This document shows positions 25,565 to 34,618 of a stretch of DNA of 64,000 nucleotides, piece by piece (within the stretch, counting starts at the first letter, position 1; every line of letters starts with the position of its first letter). The position numbers were made by a program, and so were the translations under genes. The notes under the pieces are model-generated. The model saw nothing but the letters and a program-made list of their open reading frames with translations. It made no database searches and was not told where the DNA came from. The DNA comes from a virus, in the IMG/VR virus record IMGVR_UViG_3300046779_002349, positions 32,001-96,000 of that record; one strand, given 5' to 3'.

Positions 25565-28043
25565 TAGTAAATGGTGGCCAAAAATTGTTAAAACCTTGTC
25601 CGCAAGAATCTTTATACGCCTCATGTCCGGAAGAAACAATTAAACCATCTTCCCACTCTATCTTCCAGGCTACATTACCGTCGCAGTCCAGTAGTGTTCT
25701 GCTACCACTAGCCCCGTTACCTTCGATAGTAAGTTTTCCTTCCTTTAAACCTACACGAACCTGCGGATCGTTTAGTCTTTCTTGAATCGTCAAATTACCT
25801 TCAGTCTTCGTACAACCGTACTCCCATTGCAGCAGGGGGACTGTAGTACCAGCTGGGGAATCCCTAAGGTTTATCTCCCCTGTACCACCATCAGTACACC
25901 CTACACCACCTCCTCCTCCACCTCCTCCGCTGCCATCTGGTGTCTTGTAGCACATTTTGGTTTGTGTTCCTGTGTCAGGATTTACGGGACCGCAGAATGC
26001 TGCAGAGCTGCTACATGTTTCTATGTTTTGACCAGGATACTGAGCTACCATTTCGTAATAGTCCGCACACATGCAACCGGAAGGGCAGTCGTCCCCTTTG
26101 ATCTCCCAGCATTGATTTGTTTGCTCTCCTGTTACGGGGTCTGGTGTTCCGCATCCTGTAGAAACTCCACCACAAGCTGCAATCTCTTTACCAGGGTTCT
26201 GGGCTTGCAGGAATGCGTAGTCACCGCATACGCACGGCTCCTCGCATTCAGTTGTTGGTGGGGGTGGAGGAGGATTGTTGTCATCCGATTTTCCTAGGCA
26301 GAATTTAGGGATGTCGGGAATGCCTTTGTCTGGGTCTCCTACGATAACGCCGCATTGATTCCCTGGATTGTCTGGATCATCTATTAACTTTTCACAGGAT
26401 TTTACATTATCTTTCCCGAATAAGGCTTCTGCTTGTTCCCTAGTAAGGCACATGCAGCCGTCCGCGCAAGGTGAATCTCCTCCTCCGCCTCCCCCGCCAC
26501 CCCCATTACCCTCATCTTCCGGTTTGACTACTCCACAGAAAAAGAACGTCTCTGATTTTTGACCGTTGCATGGATTTGTATTTACAACAATACCGCAAGG
26601 GGTTCCTGATGTTGGTTGATCTGTGGCGGCTAGGTAATCGTCGCTCAGGCAGGTTTGTCCTGCGGGGCATGACGTTACAATGGGGCACTCGCCTCTTAGT
26701 TCTATAGCTTTTTCGTTAGCGTCAAGTTTACTCTCTTCGCTAAAAATAACTCCAGGTTCGACAGCACACCCTTTGGGGGTATTGGGGTTAGGAGGGCAGC
26801 CGCTTGGGTCTTGCGGTTGAGTCGTGTCTATTTCTGGACATGGAGCTATACAATCGTTTACCCAACCGCACACGAGTAAAGATAAGCATTCTTCTTTAGC
26901 TAACTCATTAGCCTCTTCCTCTGTTTCCCCCTCAAATAAACCCGCAGGAATCTCTGCCTCAAATCCTGGATATTCAGTTGAGTCATATGTAGGATCTAAG
27001 TCTTTACATGAGCATGAAGTCTTGTTGTTTACAAACACACAGTTTTCTTCATTGGAAAGTATATCCTCAATAATTGCCTGTAGATCTTCTGGTGTAGTAG
27101 CACATACAGCTCCAGCGGCTAGAACGAAGTCTGGAGTTATTGACCCCGCTGGACATTTTACTATCTGAGGTTCGTTGCAAATAAGGCAGACCAATTCAGA
27201 TTCAGCCTGAGCGAGAGCTAGAGCGTTTGCGGCCTCCTTAGTCTTGGCGAAATAAGTTCTTTCTTCGATGAAAGAAGGTTCTCCAGTTAATCCTGCTGGG
27301 CAGTAAGCGGACACAGGATCGTTTCCGACAAGGCATAAATTTTCCAATGAGCGTAAAGCCACCTCTCTAGCTAAGCTATTAGCATCTTGAACGGATATGG
27401 TGCTGCTAACTAGTCCTGAGGAAATTGTTACACAGGAATCTTGTTCTCTTTCGGTAATAAAAGAATCTTCTGGGCAGCAAACTACTATTTCTTCGTTGTA
27501 ATACGTACATAGAAGAATCCCAATACTTGCTTGCTCGACTGTTGTAATCAGGGTGCTCAGCCCTTCCATAACAACATCAGTCAAATATTGCTCCTGTGAG
27601 GAGTCTAGGCCTAAGGTTTGTATAATCTCTAAATTACCGTCTGATAGCGTATTGTTAATCGTTCCTTGATCTAGATTCGCAATAAAGTAAAGCTGATCAG
27701 TAGTTATATTCGGTATATCCTCATAGCTGATATTATAAAAATACTCTCCGTAAGGAATATTAGCACTAGCAATTGGAAATCCAGGTTGAGGGTTTGGGCA
27801 AGTAACCGTTTGTTCTGGACTGAACAAAACAATACCAGGAGGTCTCGTAACCGATACCCTGATCTCTGTTGGTTCTTGAGGTCTGAAGAATGTACCTTCT
27901 TCTGGAATAAACTCCGCTGCCTGAAATACTCTACCAGTACCGCAGCTTTCTTCTCTTTCTCTACCTGTCTGCCAATTTTTAATTGCGTTTGGCGTCTGGC
28001 AAAAAACTATTCTTCTTTTATCTCTGTCTTGTTGTGATGGCAT
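25557..28043 (-). CDS. Cysteine-rich repeat protein, putative tail fibre/virion appendage
   Basis: About 50 Cys; several S..SxxDANxxA repeats (DUF5977-like); three six-Cys modules with poly-Gly/poly-Pro linkers; lies in the baseplate cluster. Confidence 0.55.
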   Translation of the reverse strand: MPSQQDRDKRRIVFCQTPNAIKNWQTGREREESCGTGRVFQAAEFIPEEGTFFRPQEPTEIRVSVTRPPGIVLFSPEQTVTCPNPQPGFPIASANIPYGEYFYNISYEDIPNITTDQLYFIANLDQGTINNTLSDGNLEIIQTLGLDSSQEQYLTDVVMEGLSTLITTVEQASIGILLCTYYNEEIVVCCPEDSFITEREQDSCVTISSGLVSSTISVQDANSLAREVALRSLENLCLVGNDPVSAYCPAGLTGEPSFIEERTYFAKTKEAANALALAQAESELVCLICNEPQIVKCPAGSITPDFVLAAGAVCATTPEDLQAIIEDILSNEENCVFVNNKTSCSCKDLDPTYDSTEYPGFEAEIPAGLFEGETEEEANELAKEECLSLLVCGWVNDCIAPCPEIDTTQPQDPSGCPPNPNTPKGCAVEPGVIFSEESKLDANEKAIELRGECPIVTSCPAGQTCLSDDYLAATDQPTSGTPCGIVVNTNPCNGQKSETFFFCGVVKPEDEGNGGGGGGGGGDSPCADGCMCLTREQAEALFGKDNVKSCEKLIDDPDNPGNQCGVIVGDPDKGIPDIPKFCLGKSDDNNPPPPPPTTECEEPCVCGDYAFLQAQNPGKEIAACGGVSTGCGTPDPVTGEQTNQCWEIKGDDCPSGCMCADYYEMVAQYPGQNIETCSSSAAFCGPVNPDTGTQTKMCYKTPDGSGGGGGGGGVGCTDGGTGEINLRDSPAGTTVPLLQWEYGCTKTEGNLTIQERLNDPQVRVGLKEGKLTIEGNGASGSRTLLDCDGNVAWKIEWEDGLIVSSGHEAYKDSCGQGFNNFWPPFTNV

Positions 28044-29518
28044 TATTCAGGAAGTTGGAATCCACTAAATGTTACAGCATGAAATGTCATCGCTGTACGA
28101 GCGTCTAAAGCGGAGCTAAGACTGCTGATATTATGCGATACTGAGTACAAAAAGCCAGAAAAAAGTTCTTTTCCTTCTTCATCTGCAACTCTGTATCTAT
28201 TTCCTGGAATTACATTAAAATTTAATGTAGAAGAAGTTTCTACGACATAGTTCGCCAATGCTATATTTTTATATGTAGTTTTTCCGAACTCTTCTACAAT
28301 TTCAGAAACTGGACCTTGGATTTCGTTTTTAATCAGGTCGTTCAAATTCACAATAGAATCCTTACGGCGTGACAATTCTAAATCTCTAGAAGTATTTTTT
28401 GACTGAGTATTATATTCGTACAGAGTAGACGGTATCCATGAGGGTATGGACACTGGGAAATTATTTCCATTTATCTTAGGTGGGTTCTTTGGGAAAACTC
28501 CATAGGTGGGATTGTCTCCTAAAAATTCAAATACGTTTTCCTGATTTTTTTTATCCTTACGATTCAGCTTGCTGGGTTGTCCGGAAACAATTACCCGCTG
28601 TATCGGAAGCATGTTTAAACTAGAGCTGCTGAACGATGCGCCTACTAGACGGAGATCTGCAGTCTGAGCCTCGTCGACTTTATACCTGTGCGACTTAAAA
28701 TATCCGTATACAGAATCTCCTACAAACGGAGGTACGAAGAAAGATTGGAATTCCTCTCCTAACGCTACAAGAGAATAAAAGAATTGCCTATCAATACTAA
28801 ATATTGTGCTCTTTAAAGCATTGAACACAGAGGTATTCAGTGTGCGTAGTGCGTCTGCTGTGAAATTACTAAAGCCGTTATAGGTCGGACCACCTAACCC
28901 CTCTGAGTCTACTAATATTCTTTCAATAATAGGGTACACCTCCATGTTCCTTTCGTGCAGCTCAAGCAAACTTTGCTTTGATACAGCATCATTAAACTTG
29001 GCGTTCTCCATTATTTTTGGGAAGTCCTCATGTCTCTTTTTGAGAAGAGCATTCAGCATAACAAACACATTGCTGTACTGCTTACCAATCAACTCCGGTT
29101 TATCTCTATTTGTAGCGTAAGCCAGCGAATAAATGTGCGGTACATAACTATTTACTTGTTCTATCTCATGCACCATTTTTGCACCATTAGCGTAGAAAGA
29201 GGAATACACTCTTCTAGTAGGACCTAGTACATTTCCAGAAAATGCGTGCCAGTTTTCAGATCCGTTTGCTCCGGTTACACTCACCCTTGCCGTGAGTTTA
29301 TTCCCTTCCCCAGCAAAAGCTAGTTTTTGAAACTCCGCCATTTTAAGAGCCTCTTCTCCCACGAGTACTGGTTTCGCAGTTTCTCCACTATCTTGATGTA
29401 AATTTATTTGAGCCGTGGGTATTTCGCCAACGGTGTAAGACAGTGTTATACCGTCTATTGTGGCATCTTCTAAACCAGCTCCTGATACGCTTACATTTAC
29501 TTGTTCTAAATTAACCAT
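28043..29518 (-). CDS. Putative baseplate hub protein
   Basis: Lies after the tape measure gene; IPTAQINL near the N-terminus and PG...GFLYSVSHNI near the C-terminus resemble gp27/hub folds. Confidence 0.5.
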   Translation of the reverse strand: MVNLEQVNVSVSGAGLEDATIDGITLSYTVGEIPTAQINLHQDSGETAKPVLVGEEALKMAEFQKLAFAGEGNKLTARVSVTGANGSENWHAFSGNVLGPTRRVYSSFYANGAKMVHEIEQVNSYVPHIYSLAYATNRDKPELIGKQYSNVFVMLNALLKKRHEDFPKIMENAKFNDAVSKQSLLELHERNMEVYPIIERILVDSEGLGGPTYNGFSNFTADALRTLNTSVFNALKSTIFSIDRQFFYSLVALGEEFQSFFVPPFVGDSVYGYFKSHRYKVDEAQTADLRLVGASFSSSSLNMLPIQRVIVSGQPSKLNRKDKKNQENVFEFLGDNPTYGVFPKNPPKINGNNFPVSIPSWIPSTLYEYNTQSKNTSRDLELSRRKDSIVNLNDLIKNEIQGPVSEIVEEFGKTTYKNIALANYVVETSSTLNFNVIPGNRYRVADEEGKELFSGFLYSVSHNISSLSSALDARTAMTFHAVTFSGFQLPE

Positions 29519-30227
29519 TGTTCAATTGGGTATGTTTTCTACTGACAGCTAATGTAGCAACCGCTAATTTAGCTGTCAATTCAGGAAAACTAATAAATGT
29601 ATCGTGTAACCCAACATTATTAGCAATGCTCATGAACGCTAGAGAGTTTTTAAGTTTTTCTATAGTGTGGGAAAAAGGATAGCTGTTGGGGACTAGTGTT
29701 ACTGAGGCAGTAGACCCTGCTTGCCAGTTTCCTTGAATTTCTAAGTTAAAAACTAAAGAACTCAACTCTTCTGGAAATTGTACACTTAACGTACTCCTAT
29801 TTAATTCGCAGTCAACGACCCAAGATTCTCCATCTAGGCTTAGTTTAACTTTATTATTGGGCTCGTAGGAAAAAACTAGTGTACTGTCAGAGATAACTCT
29901 ATGAGGACGAAACTCTACGGAAAATCTATTAAACGCAGGGAGTAGTTTAGCTCCTGTGGCTACGATCTCTGACTTCTTGTAGGTAGCAATAAACTCTATA
30001 AGGTTTTCCTGTTTGATTTCTTTTAAAATTTCGGGATACGCATTAACGCAAGTCAAAGCTGTTTGCAGGCCGAAATCATAAGCGGAATTTGTAAGCCCTA
30101 TAATGTTACGTACTTCGTCTAATTCTTCTGAAGTTTTGTAATGAGTTAAATCCGCCAATACATGGTTAGCCACTACTGGGTTATAACAATTAGTCGTATT
30201 TGGAATTAATGTTTTAATAAAACTCAT
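29511..30227 (-). CDS. Putative virion structural protein
   Basis: Coupled within the tail operon. Confidence 0.5.
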   Translation of the reverse strand: MSFIKTLIPNTTNCYNPVVANHVLADLTHYKTSEELDEVRNIIGLTNSAYDFGLQTALTCVNAYPEILKEIKQENLIEFIATYKKSEIVATGAKLLPAFNRFSVEFRPHRVISDSTLVFSYEPNNKVKLSLDGESWVVDCELNRSTLSVQFPEELSSLVFNLEIQGNWQAGSTASVTLVPNSYPFSHTIEKLKNSLAFMSIANNVGLHDTFISFPELTAKLAVATLAVSRKHTQLNNG

Positions 30228-30667
30228 GCTTTTAGTCCTATGATGGTAAAAGGTACAATATTATATTGAGGAGACGCTTCCGCCACACTCAATCCTACTA
30301 CAAAAACAGAAATCGCTTCTTCCCCTATACTTACACTAATTGGAGTAGCTCCTTTTTTATTTCCTACACTATTAGTCTCGTACCACTGTTTTAATGAAGA
30401 TAAATTTTGGTTTCCTGCTCCATCAGCGCCTAGACAAATTAGTCCACTAAGTCCTACTTGCCCAAAATCTGTTCCAAAAGAATATAGAATTTTCGTATTA
30501 CTCAAAGTTGTAATTGGTAATACTAAATCTCTTTCTGTAACAGTGGGAGAAGTAAGCAATACAGGGGCTCCTTGAACGCCTCTCGGAAATCCACTAATAT
30601 CGAAAGCACCACCGTTTCCAGTTCCTACTTTTACAACACAACCTCTAGATTTTATAAAGTTAATCAT
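30224..30667 (-). CDS. Tube-like baseplate/tail initiator protein
   Basis: Directly after the tape measure gene; LYSFGTDFGQVGLSG resembles the tube fold. Confidence 0.5.
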   Translation of the reverse strand: MINFIKSRGCVVKVGTGNGGAFDISGFPRGVQGAPVLLTSPTVTERDLVLPITTLSNTKILYSFGTDFGQVGLSGLICLGADGAGNQNLSSLKQWYETNSVGNKKGATPISVSIGEEAISVFVVGLSVAEASPQYNIVPFTIIGLKA

Positions 30668-30669
30668 TG

Positions 30670-33426
30670 TTATTCACTTACTCGTCTTACATCCATAACC
30701 TCTACACGCATGTAACCAATAGTGTTGTTTCCTCCCATACCGCCAACTCCATTATTACTCAAATTCTGCAGTGAGGCAATAACTCTTTTCTCTTCGTCAG
30801 TACCTGTATAGTTTTGATCTGCCATTTTATTAAAAGCGTAACCAGCCAAAGTTTGTTTATCTTTAGCACTCATGTTGTCTTCTAGTTCATCTTTTACATT
30901 TTCCGACAGATTACCAAATCCAAGAGTCTCTCGCATACCTTGATAACGATCGTCTTCTAGGATGTCTTCGCCTATGGCTTCATAAACTTTAGCTGGGTCT
31001 CCTCCGGCTCTATCCAGAGAGTTTTTAAACTTATAAGCGTCTTTTTGTCGTCGCTCCCACCCACCTTCTCCTTGGTACCCCTCTCCTAAAAGGATATTAC
31101 CTCCAACATTTACCCTTTTTCCATTGCTGAACTCATCCCGCAATACTCTTTTAGCGGCTTCTTGAGTAAGATATCCATCTTTAAAGTCACCTTCTTTAAA
31201 GCCCATATTTGTGCGAATAGCATTAGCTGCCTCTTGGTTAAGGAAATCCATGCCTTCTTTCATTTGTTTTTCTGAAACTACAGTACCTCTACCATCTTTG
31301 ACTCCTAGAGTACCTCCTTGAGTTTCCATGTAGTCTCTGAACGCCCCAAAGTTTCCTGGAGAGTTTAAAATGTCCTCCAATATTTTCGGATCCTTACCTC
31401 CATAATTCTTTAGAATGTTTTCCCTTTGTTTTGCGTCAAGTACAACCGAGCCTGTAGCCGCATCGACAGTAAACAAAGGATCTTTGATCTCACTGAGCAT
31501 TTTATACTCCATTACGTCCTTCTCAGTAGCCTGTCTCGTATTGTTAAGTAGCATTTCTGCGCCTAACTGTAGCAAGCTTTTGTGCGAACTCATATTACTT
31601 CTGCCGCTACCGTACTCAGCTTCCTTGATGGCATTCTTAGCCATCTCAGTTTGTCTTTGTCTTGCCAAATAAGAACCCTCGTAAGCGTTGCCTGCTGAGT
31701 CATCCATAATAACCTGTGTTAGGGCACTGAGGCTTTCTTTGTTGGTTTCTACGAATGTGGATAGTTTGCTGGTGTCAATACCTGCATCCGCAAGAGCCTG
31801 CATCTTGTCTTTATCTTTCAAGATACCCTCTCGCATTGTCGGATCATTACCAAAAAGCTGCGCCATGTCCTGGGCTCCAAGAACTTTGGCCATTTTCAAG
31901 TAATCTGATTTTACGGCTGAGTCAATACCTTCTCTGCGCATAGTATGACTCTCCCAAGATCTAAACACTGTTTCAGAGGCATAAGCTGCTTGATCTCTCA
32001 GTGTAGCAGACCCTACCCCAGACGCATCTTCACCAAGAGCTTTTGTAATGTCTCGGTCAGATAGGTTCGTTGTATCGGAAATATTGAATCTTGTTTTAAA
32101 GTCAGAAAGAAGTCTTTGTTGTTTAACTGGGTCTAGTTCTGTCCGCATCTGCTCCGCTAGTTTGATAGCTGCAGCTTTTGCTTCTGGGCCCTTCATTGAT
32201 GCTTCATAAGCAATCCTTCTTTGCTCCACGAGGTTCTGTTCGTTGTGGGCTCCTGCAATATCAGAGGCGACCGTATTTGCAACCTCTGCATTAGACTGAG
32301 TTCCTCCGCTGTCTCTATTCAGCCTTTGTTGATATATAATTCTGGCAGTTACGTCTTGCCCTGTTGTTGCCGCTGCGCTATCCGATCCATAAATCTGAGC
32401 CAAGGCTGCTACTGTGTGTTGGTTTCTAGCTGCAAATCCACCTAGGTCGGATGCGAAACCAGCTGCTCGAGCGTTTCTTGTGAATCTATTGACATCTGCC
32501 GAAGCTTTATTAAGCGCACCCTCCAATCTCATGTCTACGCCTGTAATTCCCTGTAGTGCGTCTAGTTTTAATTCTTTTGCCAGGTCTCCATAAATGTTCT
32601 GGAGTTTTACAACTATCTTGTTACCTTTTTTAATTTCTTCTGCCTGCTTTTTCATCTCTCGCTCATCCAAGACAAAGCTAGAATTTGTTTTAAGCGCTGT
32701 GTCTAGCATTCCTTTAACATCCCCTGAGGTAGAAGAGTTGCTTACTAGGGAGGATAAAGCGGCACGTAGCTTGGTTTCATCATTACCAACACTCAGCATG
32801 ATATCTCTCACCTGCTTAACTCCAGCAATATTACCATCACTTTCTAGGTCTTTAATTACTCGATTTGTTCTATCAAACAATGTATTGTTTTGAAAAGAGC
32901 CTATTCGCCTATTAGCGAACATACCGGTACGAGCCAGCTGCTGTTGTATTCCGCCTATAGTAGTTACGTCGAGTCCTTGCGTAAACTCAGTATTACCAGT
33001 TCCGTTCGCATTGGTCATGCGTTTATCTATTTCTCGGAACATTTGCTGGGCTATTATGTTCGCTGCTGGACCTGGACCATAGAGGGATTGCGTCGATCTA
33101 CCGAATGACTGCACCCCGAATCCGCCAAACTGCGCCGAGTTAACTAGACCAGCCATAAGGTCAACGTGACTTCCGTTTCCGAACATATTGTTCATGTAAC
33201 TAGCCCCTTGACGGTATACTAGGCCTTGTTTGGTATTAAATAGCCTTTGAGCCACCTCCAATGGTGTTCCTCCGTTTGCTGCTCTCTCAGCCAGTCTAGC
33301 TGCAGCCAGAGTCCGTCTATTATTCATAGCGGACCACTCGAGCATCTGCTGCATAGTCGATGTGTGACCACTTGCCATTATGCGCTCGTAGTCTGATGGG
33401 AAATATGCTCCTGATCCGTCAATCAT
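30670..33426 (-). CDS. Tape measure protein (putative)
   Basis: 918 aa, Ala/Gly/Gln-rich and helical; directly downstream of the frameshifted chaperone pair. Confidence 0.65.
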   Translation of the reverse strand: MIDGSGAYFPSDYERIMASGHTSTMQQMLEWSAMNNRRTLAAARLAERAANGGTPLEVAQRLFNTKQGLVYRQGASYMNNMFGNGSHVDLMAGLVNSAQFGGFGVQSFGRSTQSLYGPGPAANIIAQQMFREIDKRMTNANGTGNTEFTQGLDVTTIGGIQQQLARTGMFANRRIGSFQNNTLFDRTNRVIKDLESDGNIAGVKQVRDIMLSVGNDETKLRAALSSLVSNSSTSGDVKGMLDTALKTNSSFVLDEREMKKQAEEIKKGNKIVVKLQNIYGDLAKELKLDALQGITGVDMRLEGALNKASADVNRFTRNARAAGFASDLGGFAARNQHTVAALAQIYGSDSAAATTGQDVTARIIYQQRLNRDSGGTQSNAEVANTVASDIAGAHNEQNLVEQRRIAYEASMKGPEAKAAAIKLAEQMRTELDPVKQQRLLSDFKTRFNISDTTNLSDRDITKALGEDASGVGSATLRDQAAYASETVFRSWESHTMRREGIDSAVKSDYLKMAKVLGAQDMAQLFGNDPTMREGILKDKDKMQALADAGIDTSKLSTFVETNKESLSALTQVIMDDSAGNAYEGSYLARQRQTEMAKNAIKEAEYGSGRSNMSSHKSLLQLGAEMLLNNTRQATEKDVMEYKMLSEIKDPLFTVDAATGSVVLDAKQRENILKNYGGKDPKILEDILNSPGNFGAFRDYMETQGGTLGVKDGRGTVVSEKQMKEGMDFLNQEAANAIRTNMGFKEGDFKDGYLTQEAAKRVLRDEFSNGKRVNVGGNILLGEGYQGEGGWERRQKDAYKFKNSLDRAGGDPAKVYEAIGEDILEDDRYQGMRETLGFGNLSENVKDELEDNMSAKDKQTLAGYAFNKMADQNYTGTDEEKRVIASLQNLSNNGVGGMGGNNTIGYMRVEVMDVRRVSE

Positions 33427-33836
33427 TTTTTATTTTTATTATTTCGGTATTCTTCGATTATCGCATGAACTTGATCCAGAGTAAAGCTGGTAGATTCCGA
33501 AAGCATACCTTTTTTAGAAAGTAGCTGCACAGCCTTAGCCATTTTTTCTCTAGAGTTTTCTGTTCTTCTTTGCTGGGTGGGCCCAAACTGGAATGAGAAT
33601 ACGCCTTCGATTCTGGACGATATTTCGTAAATAGAATCTAGTAACTCTTTTTTGACTTTTTCTGTTTTAGAGCAAGAGAAATATGTCTGTAAGTTACTAA
33701 GGTTTACTAAACTCATTTCCTTAGCAAACTCTAAAGCAGCTGCTTTAATAAACAGCTCTTCTCTTAGTCTGGACTTTATCCCGTTAGGGTAATCGGGTTT
33801 AATAAAATCTGGATTCCGCAGGTAAGCCAGAATCAT
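33423..33836 (-). CDS. Tail assembly chaperone, frameshift-extension (gpT-like) ORF
   Basis: Reached by a -1 slip at A-AAT-TTT (33860-33866); also has its own ATG at 33836 in a TAATG overlap. Confidence 0.6.
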   Translation of the reverse strand: MILAYLRNPDFIKPDYPNGIKSRLREELFIKAAALEFAKEMSLVNLSNLQTYFSCSKTEKVKKELLDSIYEISSRIEGVFSFQFGPTQQRRTENSREKMAKAVQLLSKKGMLSESTSFTLDQVHAIIEEYRNNKNKK

Positions 33837-34564
33837 TAATTGATACCTGCGGATTCCCAAAAATTTTCATTATTGAGATTGTCTAGACAAATTTTGCTTT
33901 TGTACTCGTGAATTCTAATTCCCATAACAATAGCTCCCCATACGTGTACGGGAATATTAGAAAGTACTTTATCTACATGAGCATTCAACTTCTCGTAATT
34001 ATAGGCAAAGTCTTTCGTATGGTCTGGATCAAAATCTGTATCTTTACTACCATACGACTTAACCTGACAAGCTGCCATGTACATCTGTAGTCTAAATACC
34101 ATACTATCCAACCCAAGTACTCTCTTTTCCTGTTCGTCTTTATTTAGAGCATCAAAAATAAGTTTGTCCGTAAACATAGTTCTTGATTTAACCTCGATAG
34201 GAAGTTTTCCGCCTAGTACGTAAGAAATAGTCGTAAACTTAGTGTCGTTTAAAACAGATTTGATAAACAAGTCCTTCTCGTAATTAGACACCTCTACTTT
34301 ACCGATGTCCGCAACTAGTGCGGTAAACATGTCCTGATAGGGTTTATGTTTAAAGTTGTCTTGCACAGGAATTTCTGGAACATCTACTTTACGGTATTCT
34401 GGTTCCTGTTCTAAACTTCCTTCCAACTCCTCTTTCTCTTCAGGTGTAAGTTCTACTGATTGTTCCACCTTTTCAAGTAATGACTTTTCTTGTTCCTGCG
34501 GTTCTTCAATTGTTTGCAGAAACTCTAAAACTTCTTGCGTGTCTTTATTATCTTCTTCGCTCAT
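33836..34564 (-). CDS. Tail assembly chaperone (gpG-like)
   Basis: Acidic protein starting MSEEDN and ending NENFWESAGIN, with a slippery heptamer near its end; upstream of the tape measure gene. Confidence 0.6.
   Translation of the reverse strand: MSEEDNKDTQEVLEFLQTIEEPQEQEKSLLEKVEQSVELTPEEKEELEGSLEQEPEYRKVDVPEIPVQDNFKHKPYQDMFTALVADIGKVEVSNYEKDLFIKSVLNDTKFTTISYVLGGKLPIEVKSRTMFTDKLIFDALNKDEQEKRVLGLDSMVFRLQMYMAACQVKSYGSKDTDFDPDHTKDFAYNYEKLNAHVDKVLSNIPVHVWGAIVMGIRIHEYKSKICLDNLNNENFWESAGIN
33860..33866 (-). other. -1 programmed frameshift slippery site A AAT TTT
   Basis: X XXY YYZ heptamer in the correct phase; the -1 frame is open into 33423..33860. Confidence 0.65.
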
Positions 34565-34618
34565 ATTTACTGTGTATTGTAGGTAGAAATTAAATAATAG
34601 CAATATAAATATATTAAA

